Assembly: GCA_043822925.1 (NCBI GenBank)
Contig: JBDRBF010000020.1
Coordinates: 1 to 46,920, forward strand
Origin: a bacterium
Lineage (GTDB): Bacteria; Babelota; Babeliae; Babelales; RVW-14
Reading direction: 5' to 3'
Length of the DNA stretch: 46,920 nt
Shown here: one piece after another, positions 28,795 to 37,666 of the stretch
Numbering within the stretch: position 1 is the first letter of the stretch
Layout: each line of letters starts with the position of its first letter
Translations under genes and position numbers: made by a program
Notes under the pieces: generated by a model
Told to the model about the DNA's origin: nothing
Databases searched by the model: none
The model's input: the letters and a program-made list of their open reading frames with translations, nothing else

Positions 28795-30966
28795 ATGAAG
28801 CGTTTTAATTTACGGGCTAATTTGTTTTTTAATCCACAAAAAAATGTTTATGTTTGGATGTTCATGTTACTGCTTTTTTGTGGTCAGCAAAATTTGTTTG
28901 CTGATTTGCCTGAACAGATTCGCATGCTTCAGGAATCTTTAACGTTGCTTAAAACTAAATATGTAGATTTATCGGTTAAATTAAAAAAAGTTAAAGATGG
29001 CTTGAGAAAAGAGATTGAAGAGTATGAAGCTTTTAATGCTCAAAGGTGGCAAAAATATTGTGCATCTCGCAATGAGCAAAGTAGTCAAGTGGCTTTGAAT
29101 AAAAGACGTGAAATCGTAAAATATATTATAGAAAAAATAAATAATGCGGCGGATCCAGAAGTTCTTGTTGAAGCTTTAACTAAAGATTTAGTTGCTAAAG
29201 CTGTGGAGATTCCACGTAACATTCTCACTGATGGGCAGCTTGATGTTGTTGTCCAGAAAGGTGAAAATTATAAAATAAACTTTGAAGACTTTGAGGAAAT
29301 TCCAAAAGCCCTTAAGGCTAAAGAATACTTGTTTTTCGACAATGAAGATGCTTTAAAGACTATTTATAAAAATTTGGAGCAAATTGCGCTTTTTTTTACA
29401 CGTAAAGAAAATGTAGGAAAGCTTTTAACTGATATTGACGTGTCAGTTAAGACAGTGTTGAAAAATATTGCGGATAAGAAAGAAGAAGTGCGCAAGTTGA
29501 AAGAAGAAGAACAAGAAAAGCGTGAAAAAGAGATTTTAAAGAAAATTGAAGAAGAAAAATGGGATGAGCCTGATCCTGTTCGGGGTGCTGAATTTATTCA
29601 AGACGAATGGAAAAAGTTTGCTGATGATCAAAAAGAAGAGCAAGAAGAAGAAAAGCCAGAAGATGCGAAAATAGCAGTCGCACCACTAGCTGAAGACTTG
29701 ATAAAAGAAGAAGTTCCAATGCGGATCGAGATACTTCAAGCTTTGTCTAAAGAAAAAAAAGAGATTTTAAAGAAAATTGAAGAAGAAAAATGGGATGAGC
29801 CTGAGCCTGTTCGGGGTGCTGAATTTATTCAAGACGAATGGAAAAAGTTTGCTGATGATCAAAAAGAGGGGCAAGAAGAAGAAAAGCCAGAAGATGCGAA
29901 AAGATCAGCCGTGCTATTATCTGAAGATTCGATAAAAGAAGAAGTTCCAGTGTTGATGGAGTTTTCTCAAGATGCGTTAAGGAATCTTCAGGAAGAAGAA
30001 GGAAAGCGAATACAGAAAGAAGAAGAGCTGAAGCGATTAGAGGAAGAAGAAGCGTGGAAGCGATTTGAAGAAGCGCGTAAACGGCAAGAGCAAGAAAAAA
30101 TAGAGTTAAAAAAGAAAGAAGAAGAGCGAAAAAAGCGAGAAGAAGAGGAAATACAGGAAGAAGAAAAAGAAATAAGAAAGAAAGATTTTAAGCAGAAACA
30201 ACAAAAATTAGAACAAATTGAAAAAGAAGTAGAACTTAAGGAAATAAAAGAAAAGATAGAGTTAAAAAAGAAGAAAAGAAAAAAGATAAAAAAAGTGTCT
30301 GTCAAGCCTGTAGTGCATAGTTTGTCTGGTGAAGCTGCCGTGCCTGAAGAGCAAGTTAAAGTAAAAAAAACTAAGAAAACAGAAACAAAAGAAGAAGTTA
30401 TTCAAGAGCAAGCAGATGAGCTAGATATCGAAGGCCTGAGACTTGAGCGTGCTAAAGAAGAGATGCGAGGGCTTATTAAGAGTGCTCGAGATATTATTGA
30501 AGAAAGAGCTGATTTAAGCAGAGATAAAACAGAAAAAGAAGCGCAATTTGAGAAGATTCGTGCCGAGGGGGAAATATGGGCTTATGATAAGGGGCAATTT
30601 TTAAAAAAGAAAAAACAACTTTTGTATAAATTAAAGCCAAAAATAAGCGTTAAAGATGATTTTGAGATCGGTTTAAAGAAGCGTTCACAAAAGATAGAGT
30701 ATGAAATAGAAGAAGCCCGACGCCTTAAGAGCGAAGAAGATGAATTGATGCAGAAAGGCCTTGGGATTAAGTCTAAATATGAGGATGCCGGGAAAGCGTT
30801 GGCTGAGATAGATAAAAAATTAGGGGAGAATGAAGTTCTGTTTAATAAAATAAGAGATATTGCTATTGCAATGATTCATAAGGATGATTCTTTGAGTACT
30901 GTAAATGTGGGAATTTATAGGTGGGATGATATTGACAAAGAGTGGGCTGAATTGTCCGAATCTTAG
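28795..30966 (+). CDS. Secreted Glu/Lys-rich coiled-coil protein
   Basis: GGGGA SD; signal peptide ending LFA; long charged helices. Confidence 0.85.
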   Translation: MKRFNLRANLFFNPQKNVYVWMFMLLLFCGQQNLFADLPEQIRMLQESLTLLKTKYVDLSVKLKKVKDGLRKEIEEYEAFNAQRWQKYCASRNEQSSQVALNKRREIVKYIIEKINNAADPEVLVEALTKDLVAKAVEIPRNILTDGQLDVVVQKGENYKINFEDFEEIPKALKAKEYLFFDNEDALKTIYKNLEQIALFFTRKENVGKLLTDIDVSVKTVLKNIADKKEEVRKLKEEEQEKREKEILKKIEEEKWDEPDPVRGAEFIQDEWKKFADDQKEEQEEEKPEDAKIAVAPLAEDLIKEEVPMRIEILQALSKEKKEILKKIEEEKWDEPEPVRGAEFIQDEWKKFADDQKEGQEEEKPEDAKRSAVLLSEDSIKEEVPVLMEFSQDALRNLQEEEGKRIQKEEELKRLEEEEAWKRFEEARKRQEQEKIELKKKEEERKKREEEEIQEEEKEIRKKDFKQKQQKLEQIEKEVELKEIKEKIELKKKKRKKIKKVSVKPVVHSLSGEAAVPEEQVKVKKTKKTETKEEVIQEQADELDIEGLRLERAKEEMRGLIKSARDIIEERADLSRDKTEKEAQFEKIRAEGEIWAYDKGQFLKKKKQLLYKLKPKISVKDDFEIGLKKRSQKIEYEIEEARRLKSEEDELMQKGLGIKSKYEDAGKALAEIDKKLGENEVLFNKIRDIAIAMIHKDDSLSTVNVGIYRWDDIDKEWAELSES
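29525..29949 (+). repeat. Intragenic tandem duplication, 231 bp (77 aa) period
   Basis: 29525..29718 vs 29756..29949 (KEILKKIEEEKWDEP.PVRGAEFIQDEWKKF...). Confidence 0.95.
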
Positions 30967-31179
30967 AATTGATATTGAGAAGAAGAGTTGGTAATTGTTT
31001 AACATGGTATGTGGTGAGGCTGCGGCCGGGGGTACTGTAAAAGTGAATTGCTGCTTTTTTGCAAAAAGTGTGTTATGAAATAATGAGTGTTGCAGGACGT
31101 TGTGCTATAACACTCATTATAAAAATGTTTATTCACACGAATCTTGTTCAAATGAAACTTGAATGAAGAAGGAATGGTA

Positions 31180-32664
31180 ATGTATCAAAAAAATGTGAAA
31201 AATAATGTGAGAGAGAAGATGCAAAAAAGCTTACAAGACTTGAATTTGTTTGGTTTTGGTAATATTTATAAGAGACGTGTAAGTATTGGGTTAATGCTTG
31301 TGCTTTTTGTGCTGTTTTTTATAAAAAATGGTAGTGCGACAGCGTTAAATAACCAATATGATCCGGCTCCTTTTCATACTATTTATGGAACGGACAAATT
31401 TTATACAGAGCGGGATAGCTCTGCGATTTCTTTTAATTTATCACCATATTATCAACATACGGCCAGCGCGAGCAAATCGGGAGATGGGCACAAAACGTCT
31501 GCAGGAAATATATATGGTGCGTGGAATATGCTCGGTGTTTTTTTTAATATGCCTAATGGATCAGTTCAGAATCCAGCGTATGTTACGGCAAAAAATGCGA
31601 TTACTCAATTACAGTTTAATCCAGCCGATAAGAAGACTAATACTAATTTAGCAAAAGAAGAGAATTTTGATGTTAACGGGCAAGATTCTGTAGCGATTAA
31701 GAGCGCTTTATATGAATTAGTTGGTGTTGAGTACGAAAAGATGGGCTTGCGTGGGCAGTTTGCTTTTGACTTTGCATTTGGCTTAGGTGTTGCTGTTAAG
31801 GGCGGCGTCGCTGATTATAAAAATATTCCAAAATCGTTTTATGTTAAGGATGCAACTGGTACAAATGAAATCGAAGATACGCGTGCTGCTCCTGTTACTG
31901 ATGTTATGGGTGCTATTGAAAATATTTTGATGACAGCAAATAAACGAGATGGCATAGCGCAAGCGCTTGGTCTTGATTTATCTGCTCAGCGCAAAGTTGA
32001 TTTAGAAGATTTACATGTGAGTGTGTACTGGCATGCCCCGATAAAATTTAAAGATAATGGTTCGACGGCTTTCAAACTTATTCCTATGGTTTCAGTTGGC
32101 GGTTGGCTGCCTATATCTGAAGAAAGAAATCAGGATAAACTGTTTTCTGTTCCAACGGGTAACGATGGCTTTACTGCGGTAACGATAGACGGTTCGCTTA
32201 TGCTTGATTTTCCTGAGATGATTCAAGTTGGTGCTGGCGGTGGCGTTTCGATATCAATGACAGAAGAACTAGAGAATCAGCGTATACCAACAAGTAAGTA
32301 TCAGGTCGGGCTTATTCCATGGAAAACAAATATAAGCAATAAGCCAGGCACGGTTTGGTATGCAAATATTTCGTTTAAAGCAGATAATTTTTCTCCACAA
32401 TTTTCTTTTTATTTTGATTATATATTTACTGAACATTTGAAAGATAAGATTACGATTAAAGAAACAAATGCAAATAAAAAAGCGTTGTTTAAGCCAGCAG
32501 TACTTGAGGAGCGTTCTTCTTGGAAGGCTCAAAATATTAATGCTGGTCTCAAGTATGAGTTTACCAAAAATTGCTTTATGGGTATTGCAGTTCAGGGTTA
32601 TATAAATGGTGAAAAAACATATCGTACAACAACTATGTTGGGTTCTTTGGGATTAGTATTTTAA
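31180..32664 (+). CDS. Predicted outer-membrane beta-barrel protein, paralog 2
   Basis: Hydrophobic leader; FNLSPYYQH, PTGNDG, amphipathic strands; ends LGLVF; exact start uncertain. Confidence 0.65.
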   Translation: MYQKNVKNNVREKMQKSLQDLNLFGFGNIYKRRVSIGLMLVLFVLFFIKNGSATALNNQYDPAPFHTIYGTDKFYTERDSSAISFNLSPYYQHTASASKSGDGHKTSAGNIYGAWNMLGVFFNMPNGSVQNPAYVTAKNAITQLQFNPADKKTNTNLAKEENFDVNGQDSVAIKSALYELVGVEYEKMGLRGQFAFDFAFGLGVAVKGGVADYKNIPKSFYVKDATGTNEIEDTRAAPVTDVMGAIENILMTANKRDGIAQALGLDLSAQRKVDLEDLHVSVYWHAPIKFKDNGSTAFKLIPMVSVGGWLPISEERNQDKLFSVPTGNDGFTAVTIDGSLMLDFPEMIQVGAGGGVSISMTEELENQRIPTSKYQVGLIPWKTNISNKPGTVWYANISFKADNFSPQFSFYFDYIFTEHLKDKITIKETNANKKALFKPAVLEERSSWKAQNINAGLKYEFTKNCFMGIAVQGYINGEKTYRTTTMLGSLGLVF

Positions 32665-32676
32665 AAGAAGCTTTAG

Positions 32677-33306
32677 ATGAAAAAGTTTTTTTTAATTTTT
32701 ATTTTTTGCTTAGGTTGTTTGTTTGATGTGTGTCTTGGGCAAGAGATAATAGTTTGTCATGAGCAAATGGTTAATTTTCTTAAAAATTATTGCGATTTAG
32801 ATGTAGACGCGCGTTGGAAAGAAGAGATTGTTCCTGAGATCAAAAAAATGTGTAGGCGAGGGGTGGCGGTTAATCAGTGTCCTAAAGAATTGTTTAAGCG
32901 GCTTGAAGATCTGCGTGCAGATTTGTATAATTTTGTATTAGCTTATAAAAATAAAAAAGTGTTAGCATCTGAGTTAGGTGCAACGTTAATAGAGAAGATA
33001 AATTTGTGTGATCCCGCGTTTTTTAATCGCATAAAAAGCAAGCAGGAAGCGTTTAAAAGAGCTTTGAAGAAAAACGAAGATTCAGAGCATTATTACGAAG
33101 ATAATACACATAGTTTATTGGCAGTTAATTTGCTGGGGGTTTTGGTTTACACGTTGGTGCCGTTTTTTTCTTCAAGACGGTTATTTGAGCGGTTTAAGAA
33201 AGCAAAGAAGAAATCTCCGTATGGGCATGTTGAAAAAATGCCCCAGTTAAATGTTTGTTTTGAAGTTTCAGCTGGTAAGATAAAAATTTCTTCTATTACT
33301 GATTAA
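32677..33306 (+). CDS. Secreted or membrane-anchored hypothetical protein
   Basis: Signal peptide; helical body; hydrophobic segment near the C-terminus. Confidence 0.75.
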   Translation: MKKFFLIFIFCLGCLFDVCLGQEIIVCHEQMVNFLKNYCDLDVDARWKEEIVPEIKKMCRRGVAVNQCPKELFKRLEDLRADLYNFVLAYKNKKVLASELGATLIEKINLCDPAFFNRIKSKQEAFKRALKKNEDSEHYYEDNTHSLLAVNLLGVLVYTLVPFFSSRRLFERFKKAKKKSPYGHVEKMPQLNVCFEVSAGKIKISSITD

Positions 33307-34525
33307 AGTTATTGGCTAGATCAAATATGGGCAGGTAGATACTGAGCATGAGGCCGGCAATAATTAAGCCAGTTATGATAAGCAAGATAGGCTGCAACGT
33401 TGTTGTGAGAAAGTGTAATTTGCTTTTGAGTTGGACCATGAAAATCTGAGCTGCTTTATCAAGCATTATATCAAGTTTGCCACTGTGTTCACCGGTGGCA
33501 ACCAGCGCTATTAAATTTTCCGGATAATATTTTGCGCCAACTTGCTTGAGCGCTTGTTCAAGTGTTTGCCCGTGCGTTACGGCATTGAGCAAAATACTAT
33601 TTTTTTGCTGAAAGCTCTGGTTGGCGATTGTTAAATTTGCGTTTTCTATTGCGCTACTGAGGGGGATTCCAGCATGTAAAAATAACGATGTTGTTTGTAA
33701 AAATGTGATTCTGTCAGAAAGCAATAAGATATTATTGATATATGGCAGTGCAAGTAGCAGCCTGTCTATTATCTGAGTTATTGGTTTTAAGCGTGTTAAT
33801 AGTGAGAGAGCAAAGATAATAAATGGGGTTGTAAGTATTAAGAAAATGCTTGTTTTTGTTTGTAACGCGTTGCTTATTGCAAATACTATTTGAGTTGAGT
33901 ATGGGAGCGGGCGTTCGAATGTATTAAAAATAGTGGAAAATTGTGGGACGATAAAAATAAAAAGTCCTAAGATAATAAAAATCGCAAACAAAAGAGTTAT
34001 GCCTGGTAGCAGTGCGGCACGCATGAGGTCTTTTTTGAGCGTGAGTCTATCTTCAAGATGTTTTTCGATTTTTTGTAAGCATATTCCTAAATTACCTGTT
34101 TTTTCGCCAGCATCAATAATATGAATCATAAATGGGTTAAATATGTGCGGGAAGCATTTTAGTGTTGTAGAAAAGCTGTCCCCATTTTTTATATCTGTAG
34201 CTAGTTGAGTAACGGTGTTTTTGAATGCGTTATGGCTGGTTTGTTTAGCGAAAAGATTTAGAGCATGGGCTATATCAACACCATTGCTGACTAAAATAGC
34301 CAGATGTTGGAAAAAAGTGATTAAAAGATGATCGGTAATTTTTTTTTCAGCCAAAAACGTAAATAGAGAGAATATAGGTGATTTTTTTTGTGCCGGGTTG
34401 CAGGTAAGTAGTGCGATATTTTGAGCTAAAAGATTTTGTTTGAGTTGATCTATTGTCGTGGCGTGACTTATTCCTGTTTTTTTTGTTCCATATGTATCGA
34501 TCCCGGTCCAATAATAAGTAGGCAT
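33296..34525 (-). CDS. pilC: Type IV pilus / T2SS platform protein (PilC/GspF)
   Basis: Y.W.G.D..G N-terminus; AGEKTGNL and TGEHSGKL repeats; IYLPIF. Confidence 0.92.
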   Translation of the reverse strand: MPTYYWTGIDTYGTKKTGISHATTIDQLKQNLLAQNIALLTCNPAQKKSPIFSLFTFLAEKKITDHLLITFFQHLAILVSNGVDIAHALNLFAKQTSHNAFKNTVTQLATDIKNGDSFSTTLKCFPHIFNPFMIHIIDAGEKTGNLGICLQKIEKHLEDRLTLKKDLMRAALLPGITLLFAIFIILGLFIFIVPQFSTIFNTFERPLPYSTQIVFAISNALQTKTSIFLILTTPFIIFALSLLTRLKPITQIIDRLLLALPYINNILLLSDRITFLQTTSLFLHAGIPLSSAIENANLTIANQSFQQKNSILLNAVTHGQTLEQALKQVGAKYYPENLIALVATGEHSGKLDIMLDKAAQIFMVQLKSKLHFLTTTLQPILLIITGLIIAGLMLSIYLPIFDLANNFNQ

Positions 34526-34549
34526 AAAAGCCCCCTAATTTATGTTTTT

Positions 34550-34840
34550 TTAGATTTTCATTTGAATTTCTACGCCCAGTTGAGCAAGTATGGTGTCTAA
34601 TTTGTTAGCAGACTCGATACGTACGCGTTTATTCCGTGATGTGAGCCCTGAGATTATGTATACGCTTTCTTGGGGCAAATTAAGCTTTTTGCTTAAAAAT
34701 TTAACAAGTTCTTGGTTGGCTTTGCCTTTTTCTGGTGGGCTTTTTACGTAACATTTGATTCTGCCGGCTTTATCGGCGGTGCAAAGTTGCTTGCCAGAGG
34801 CGGGAAATACCTTAATATCTATCGTTATTATTGTTTTCAT
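34550..34840 (-). CDS. DUF167 (YggU/UPF0235) protein
   Basis: PPEKGKANQEL, ISGLTSRNK. Confidence 0.9.
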   Translation of the reverse strand: MKTIITIDIKVFPASGKQLCTADKAGRIKCYVKSPPEKGKANQELVKFLSKKLNLPQESVYIISGLTSRNKRVRIESANKLDTILAQLGVEIQMKI

Positions 34841-34979
34841 TGTATTTAAAAATAAAAAAATTCAGAAAATCGAGACAATTTATTTAATCTCATTTATACT
34901 CCATTTTAACTTAAAACACTAACTAACTTAAAATACTAACTTAAAAAAACGGTTTGTATTAAAATAAGTTATAAAATTG

Positions 34980-35053
34980 GCGCCCATAGCTCAATTGGAT
35001 AGAGTATCAGACTACGAATCTGACGGTTAGAGGTTCGAGTCCTCTTGGGCGCA
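34980..35053 (+). tRNA. tRNA-Arg(ACG), CCA not encoded
   Basis: GCGCCCA/TGGGCGC acceptor stem; TCAGA-CTACGAA-TCTGA; GTTCGAG. Confidence 0.96.
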
Positions 35054-35073
35054 TGATCTTAAAAATATAGGTT

Positions 35074-35165
35074 GGAGAGATGGCTGAGTGGTCGAAAGCG
35101 CTTGCCTGCTAAGTGAGTATCTGGGGAAACCCGGATCGAGGGTTCGAATCCCTCTCTCTCCACCA
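35074..35165 (+). tRNA. tRNA-Ser(GCT)
   Basis: GGAGAGA/TCTCTCC; CTGCTAA loop; long variable arm; CCA. Confidence 0.96.
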
Positions 35166-35194
35166 TACTAAGCTAAAGCTGCGTATGGCAGGCC
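35163..35194 (-). repeat. Palindrome family B overlapping the tRNA-Ser CCA
   Basis: Reverse complement GGCCTGCCATACGCAGCTTTAGCTTAGTATGG fits the B pattern. Confidence 0.65.
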
Positions 35195-35232
35195 AGTCTA
35201 AAAAAAATCTCTGCTTAGAATAAGTCTTTACT

Positions 35233-35324
35233 GGAGAGGTGGCAGAGTGGTTGAATGCAACGGTCTTGAAAACCGTCACACCGGGAAACCGGTGTCGGGA
35301 GTTCGAATCTCCCCCTCTCCACCA
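35233..35324 (+). tRNA. tRNA-Ser(TGA)
   Basis: GGAGAGG/CCTCTCC; ACGGT-CTTGAAA-ACCGT; long variable arm; CCA. Confidence 0.96.
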
Positions 35325-35337
35325 TTAAGTCGTTATC

Positions 35338-35363
35338 GTTATCCTGAATAGATTTTGGGATCC
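35338..35363 (+). repeat. Degenerate palindrome family C
   Basis: GTTATCCTGAATAGATTTTGGGATCC vs GTCATCCTGAACTTGATTCAGGATCT. Confidence 0.5.
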
Positions 35364-35428
35364 AAGTCAAACAAGAATCAACAAAATTATGTCGTGAACG
35401 GTGTTAAAGTTAATTAAATGGGGCTTAT

Positions 35429-36691
35429 ATGGATAATAAAGTAAAAAAGTTTGCAAAATCAGTTCTATCGGATATTCAAGCGAAAATTCAAGACGTTTCT
35501 CATGAATTAAAAAAAACGTATGAAGTTGTTACATTAAATAAGTATTTAGCATCTTGTGGTCTTTGTTCTCGCCGAAAAGCTGAGGATGAGATAAAGCAGG
35601 GGTTCGTTACGGTGAATCACGCTGTAATTACTAATCCTGGTTATCGGGTTCAAGAGAAAGATGTTGTTCGGTATAAAAAACATGAAGTAAAGCCAGAAGA
35701 TTTTGTGTATATTTTGCTGAATAAACCAGATGGATATGTTACAACGGTTTCTGATCCTCATAATAAAAAGACTGTTATGCAGTTAATTGAGAGTTCGGTT
35801 GTAGGGGACAGGCGATTGTTTCCTGTTGGTCGGCTAGACCTTCATACAACGGGGCTTTTGCTTATTACGAATGATGGGGAATTGTCTCAACAGTTAGCGC
35901 ATCCTAAAAATGGGGCGCAAAAAATGTATCAAGTATTGCTTGATCAGCCTTTGCTCGAAAAAGATTTGCAAAAAATTCGTGATGGAATCAATTTAGATGA
36001 CGGTTTTGTTAGTTCTGACCGAGCATATTACATTTCTGGTGGTTCAAAGCGGCGTGTTGGCATTCAGATTCATACGGGAAAAAATCGTATTATTCGTAGA
36101 ATTTTTAAATTTCTTGGTTATAACGTTGTTTCTCTTGATCGTGTGGCGTATGCTGGTTTATCAAAACATGGTTTATTGCGTGGCCAATGGCGATTTTTAA
36201 TGCCAAATGAAGTTGTAGCGTTGCGTCACGCTGGTAAGGCTACGACTATGGATATTATTAAAAGTGTAAAAGAGAGTAAATCGGTAGCCAGAACAAGGCC
36301 GAGTAGGCCTTCTGCTACGGTAAGATCTCGTTGGGCTGCAGATAAAGCGAGATCTAGTCGTCCTACAAATAAAGAAAAGATTAATTGGGCAGTAGGCAAA
36401 GTTCCGTCTAGTCAGCCTATAGATAAAGAAAAGTCGCGTCGCTCAACAGGTAAAGCAAGACCTGGTCGGCCTACAAATAAAGATAATTCTAGTTGGTCGA
36501 CAGATAATGGAAAATCGAGCCGGCCTGTTGGTAAAAAAAGATCTGGTCAGCCTATAGATAAAGACAATTCTAGTTGGTCTATAGATAAAGCAAAGCCGAG
36601 TCGCCCAGCCGGTAAAGCAAAGCCGAGTCGGTCTACAACTAAAGAAAAACCTAGTTGGACAGCAGCTAAAGCTCGATTCAAAAAATCATAA
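35429..36691 (+). CDS. rluB: rRNA pseudouridine synthase (RluB/RsuA family) with repetitive basic tail
   Basis: S4 domain SRRKAE; LNKPDGYVTT; VGRLD..TTGLLL.TNDG. Confidence 0.88.
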   Translation: MDNKVKKFAKSVLSDIQAKIQDVSHELKKTYEVVTLNKYLASCGLCSRRKAEDEIKQGFVTVNHAVITNPGYRVQEKDVVRYKKHEVKPEDFVYILLNKPDGYVTTVSDPHNKKTVMQLIESSVVGDRRLFPVGRLDLHTTGLLLITNDGELSQQLAHPKNGAQKMYQVLLDQPLLEKDLQKIRDGINLDDGFVSSDRAYYISGGSKRRVGIQIHTGKNRIIRRIFKFLGYNVVSLDRVAYAGLSKHGLLRGQWRFLMPNEVVALRHAGKATTMDIIKSVKESKSVARTRPSRPSATVRSRWAADKARSSRPTNKEKINWAVGKVPSSQPIDKEKSRRSTGKARPGRPTNKDNSSWSTDNGKSSRPVGKKRSGQPIDKDNSSWSIDKAKPSRPAGKAKPSRSTTKEKPSWTAAKARFKKS

Positions 36692-36712
36692 AATATTTAT
36701 ATTTTGCTTAGA

Positions 36713-36756
36713 GAGTAGGTCTATATTAAGTTTTAAATTTGATATAGACCTACTTT
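36713..36756 (+). terminator. Hairpin downstream of rluB
   Basis: AGTAGGTCTATAT / ATATAGACCTACT stem. Confidence 0.7.
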
Positions 36757-36981
36757 AATTTATATGCGCTTGAGTATTAGCTTGAGGATGCTCAAGCTAA
36801 AGTGTTGTGATTGTGAGTCTTACGATATAAGCTGTGGCGCTTCTTGTGCGTCATGCTCAGTAATGGTTTGTTTGTAGTTGTTTTTTTTCTAGTAATCGTG
36901 GTTTTTATTTTGAGGGATTTTGTGAGATCGATTGCGTATTGAGATTTGTTGATAAAAAAATATTTTTGTTTGTTTTTTGAC

Positions 36982-37010
36982 TTGACATAGAACCAGGGTG
37001 TTGGTACCAT
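36982..37010 (+). promoter_or_regulatory. Near-consensus sigma70 promoter
   Basis: TTGACA-17-TACCAT with extended TGn and an A/T tract upstream. Confidence 0.8.
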
Positions 37011-37015
37011 TTGGC

Positions 37016-37167
37016 AAGATAATTTGTTCGCAGTAGAAGGCAAATGCAAAGTTGTGAAAAGTTATCTTCAAAATATGAAATAAAGTCCCTAAATGAACAA
37101 TACCTAAAAAGTATTGTTCGCCCCCCCAACCCTCCAGCTTGTTCTAAGTTGGAGGGAGTTTTTTTTT
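37016..37167 (+). ncRNA. Candidate ~150 nt small RNA of unknown family
   Basis: Lies between promoter and terminator; three hairpins; C-rich linker; T9 tail. Confidence 0.65.
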
Positions 37168-37192
37168 AGATATATAAAATTGTTATTAGCTG

Positions 37193-37666
37193 TTATTTTT
37201 TATTTGTTTGAGCGATTCGGCTTAATGGTCCCTGAATATGTTTATCATGTTGTTTAAATACAGTTCGCACAAGATAACTATAGTTACATCTCTTTTTTGT
37301 ATCTAGATAGTTATTTGTTGTAATGGGAGTTTTATTTAACGAGTGTTTTGGAATAAATCCGTTTTTTGTGAGGCAATAAATATTATAGCCAACAAAATGG
37401 GTGTTTTTTTGTGTGTATTTTTGTAGTTCTTCTTCTGTTGTTTTATCCCAGGATATTTTTTTGCCTGTTTGAGTTGTTTTTACAGAAACATTTTGAACAC
37501 TTGGTAAATCAAGTGTCGCGACGGTGATAACTGTTTTTTTAGCGAAAGAAAACGGATAACGCCGTTTTCTTCCACAATTTGAAAAGCAACATACAATAAG
37601 AAGCAGAGCACTATATAGTTGGCGTGAAGATAGTTCCAAATTCTTCAGCTGCTTTTTTAATTTCAT
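37193..37666 (-). CDS. Putative lipoprotein with FN3-like domain
   Basis: LLLIVCCFSNC-GRK lipobox-like; ISW..GYNIY..LN..PI..Y.D..YSYLVR; start uncertain, overlaps atpA. Confidence 0.65.
   Translation of the reverse strand: MKLKKQLKNLELSSRQLYSALLLIVCCFSNCGRKRRYPFSFAKKTVITVATLDLPSVQNVSVKTTQTGKKISWDKTTEEELQKYTQKNTHFVGYNIYCLTKNGFIPKHSLNKTPITTNNYLDTKKRCNYSYLVRTVFKQHDKHIQGPLSRIAQTNKK

Noticed and set aside
37036-37060. GGCAAA...GCAAAG resembling a c-di-GMP-I riboswitch
   Set aside because: The intervening P2 stem and GNRA loop are missing, and there is no downstream + strand gene.
36792-37129. Short minus-strand ORFs of 60-85 aa
   Set aside because: Mutually overlapping with no recognisable motifs; the region is better explained by a + strand promoter and structured RNA.
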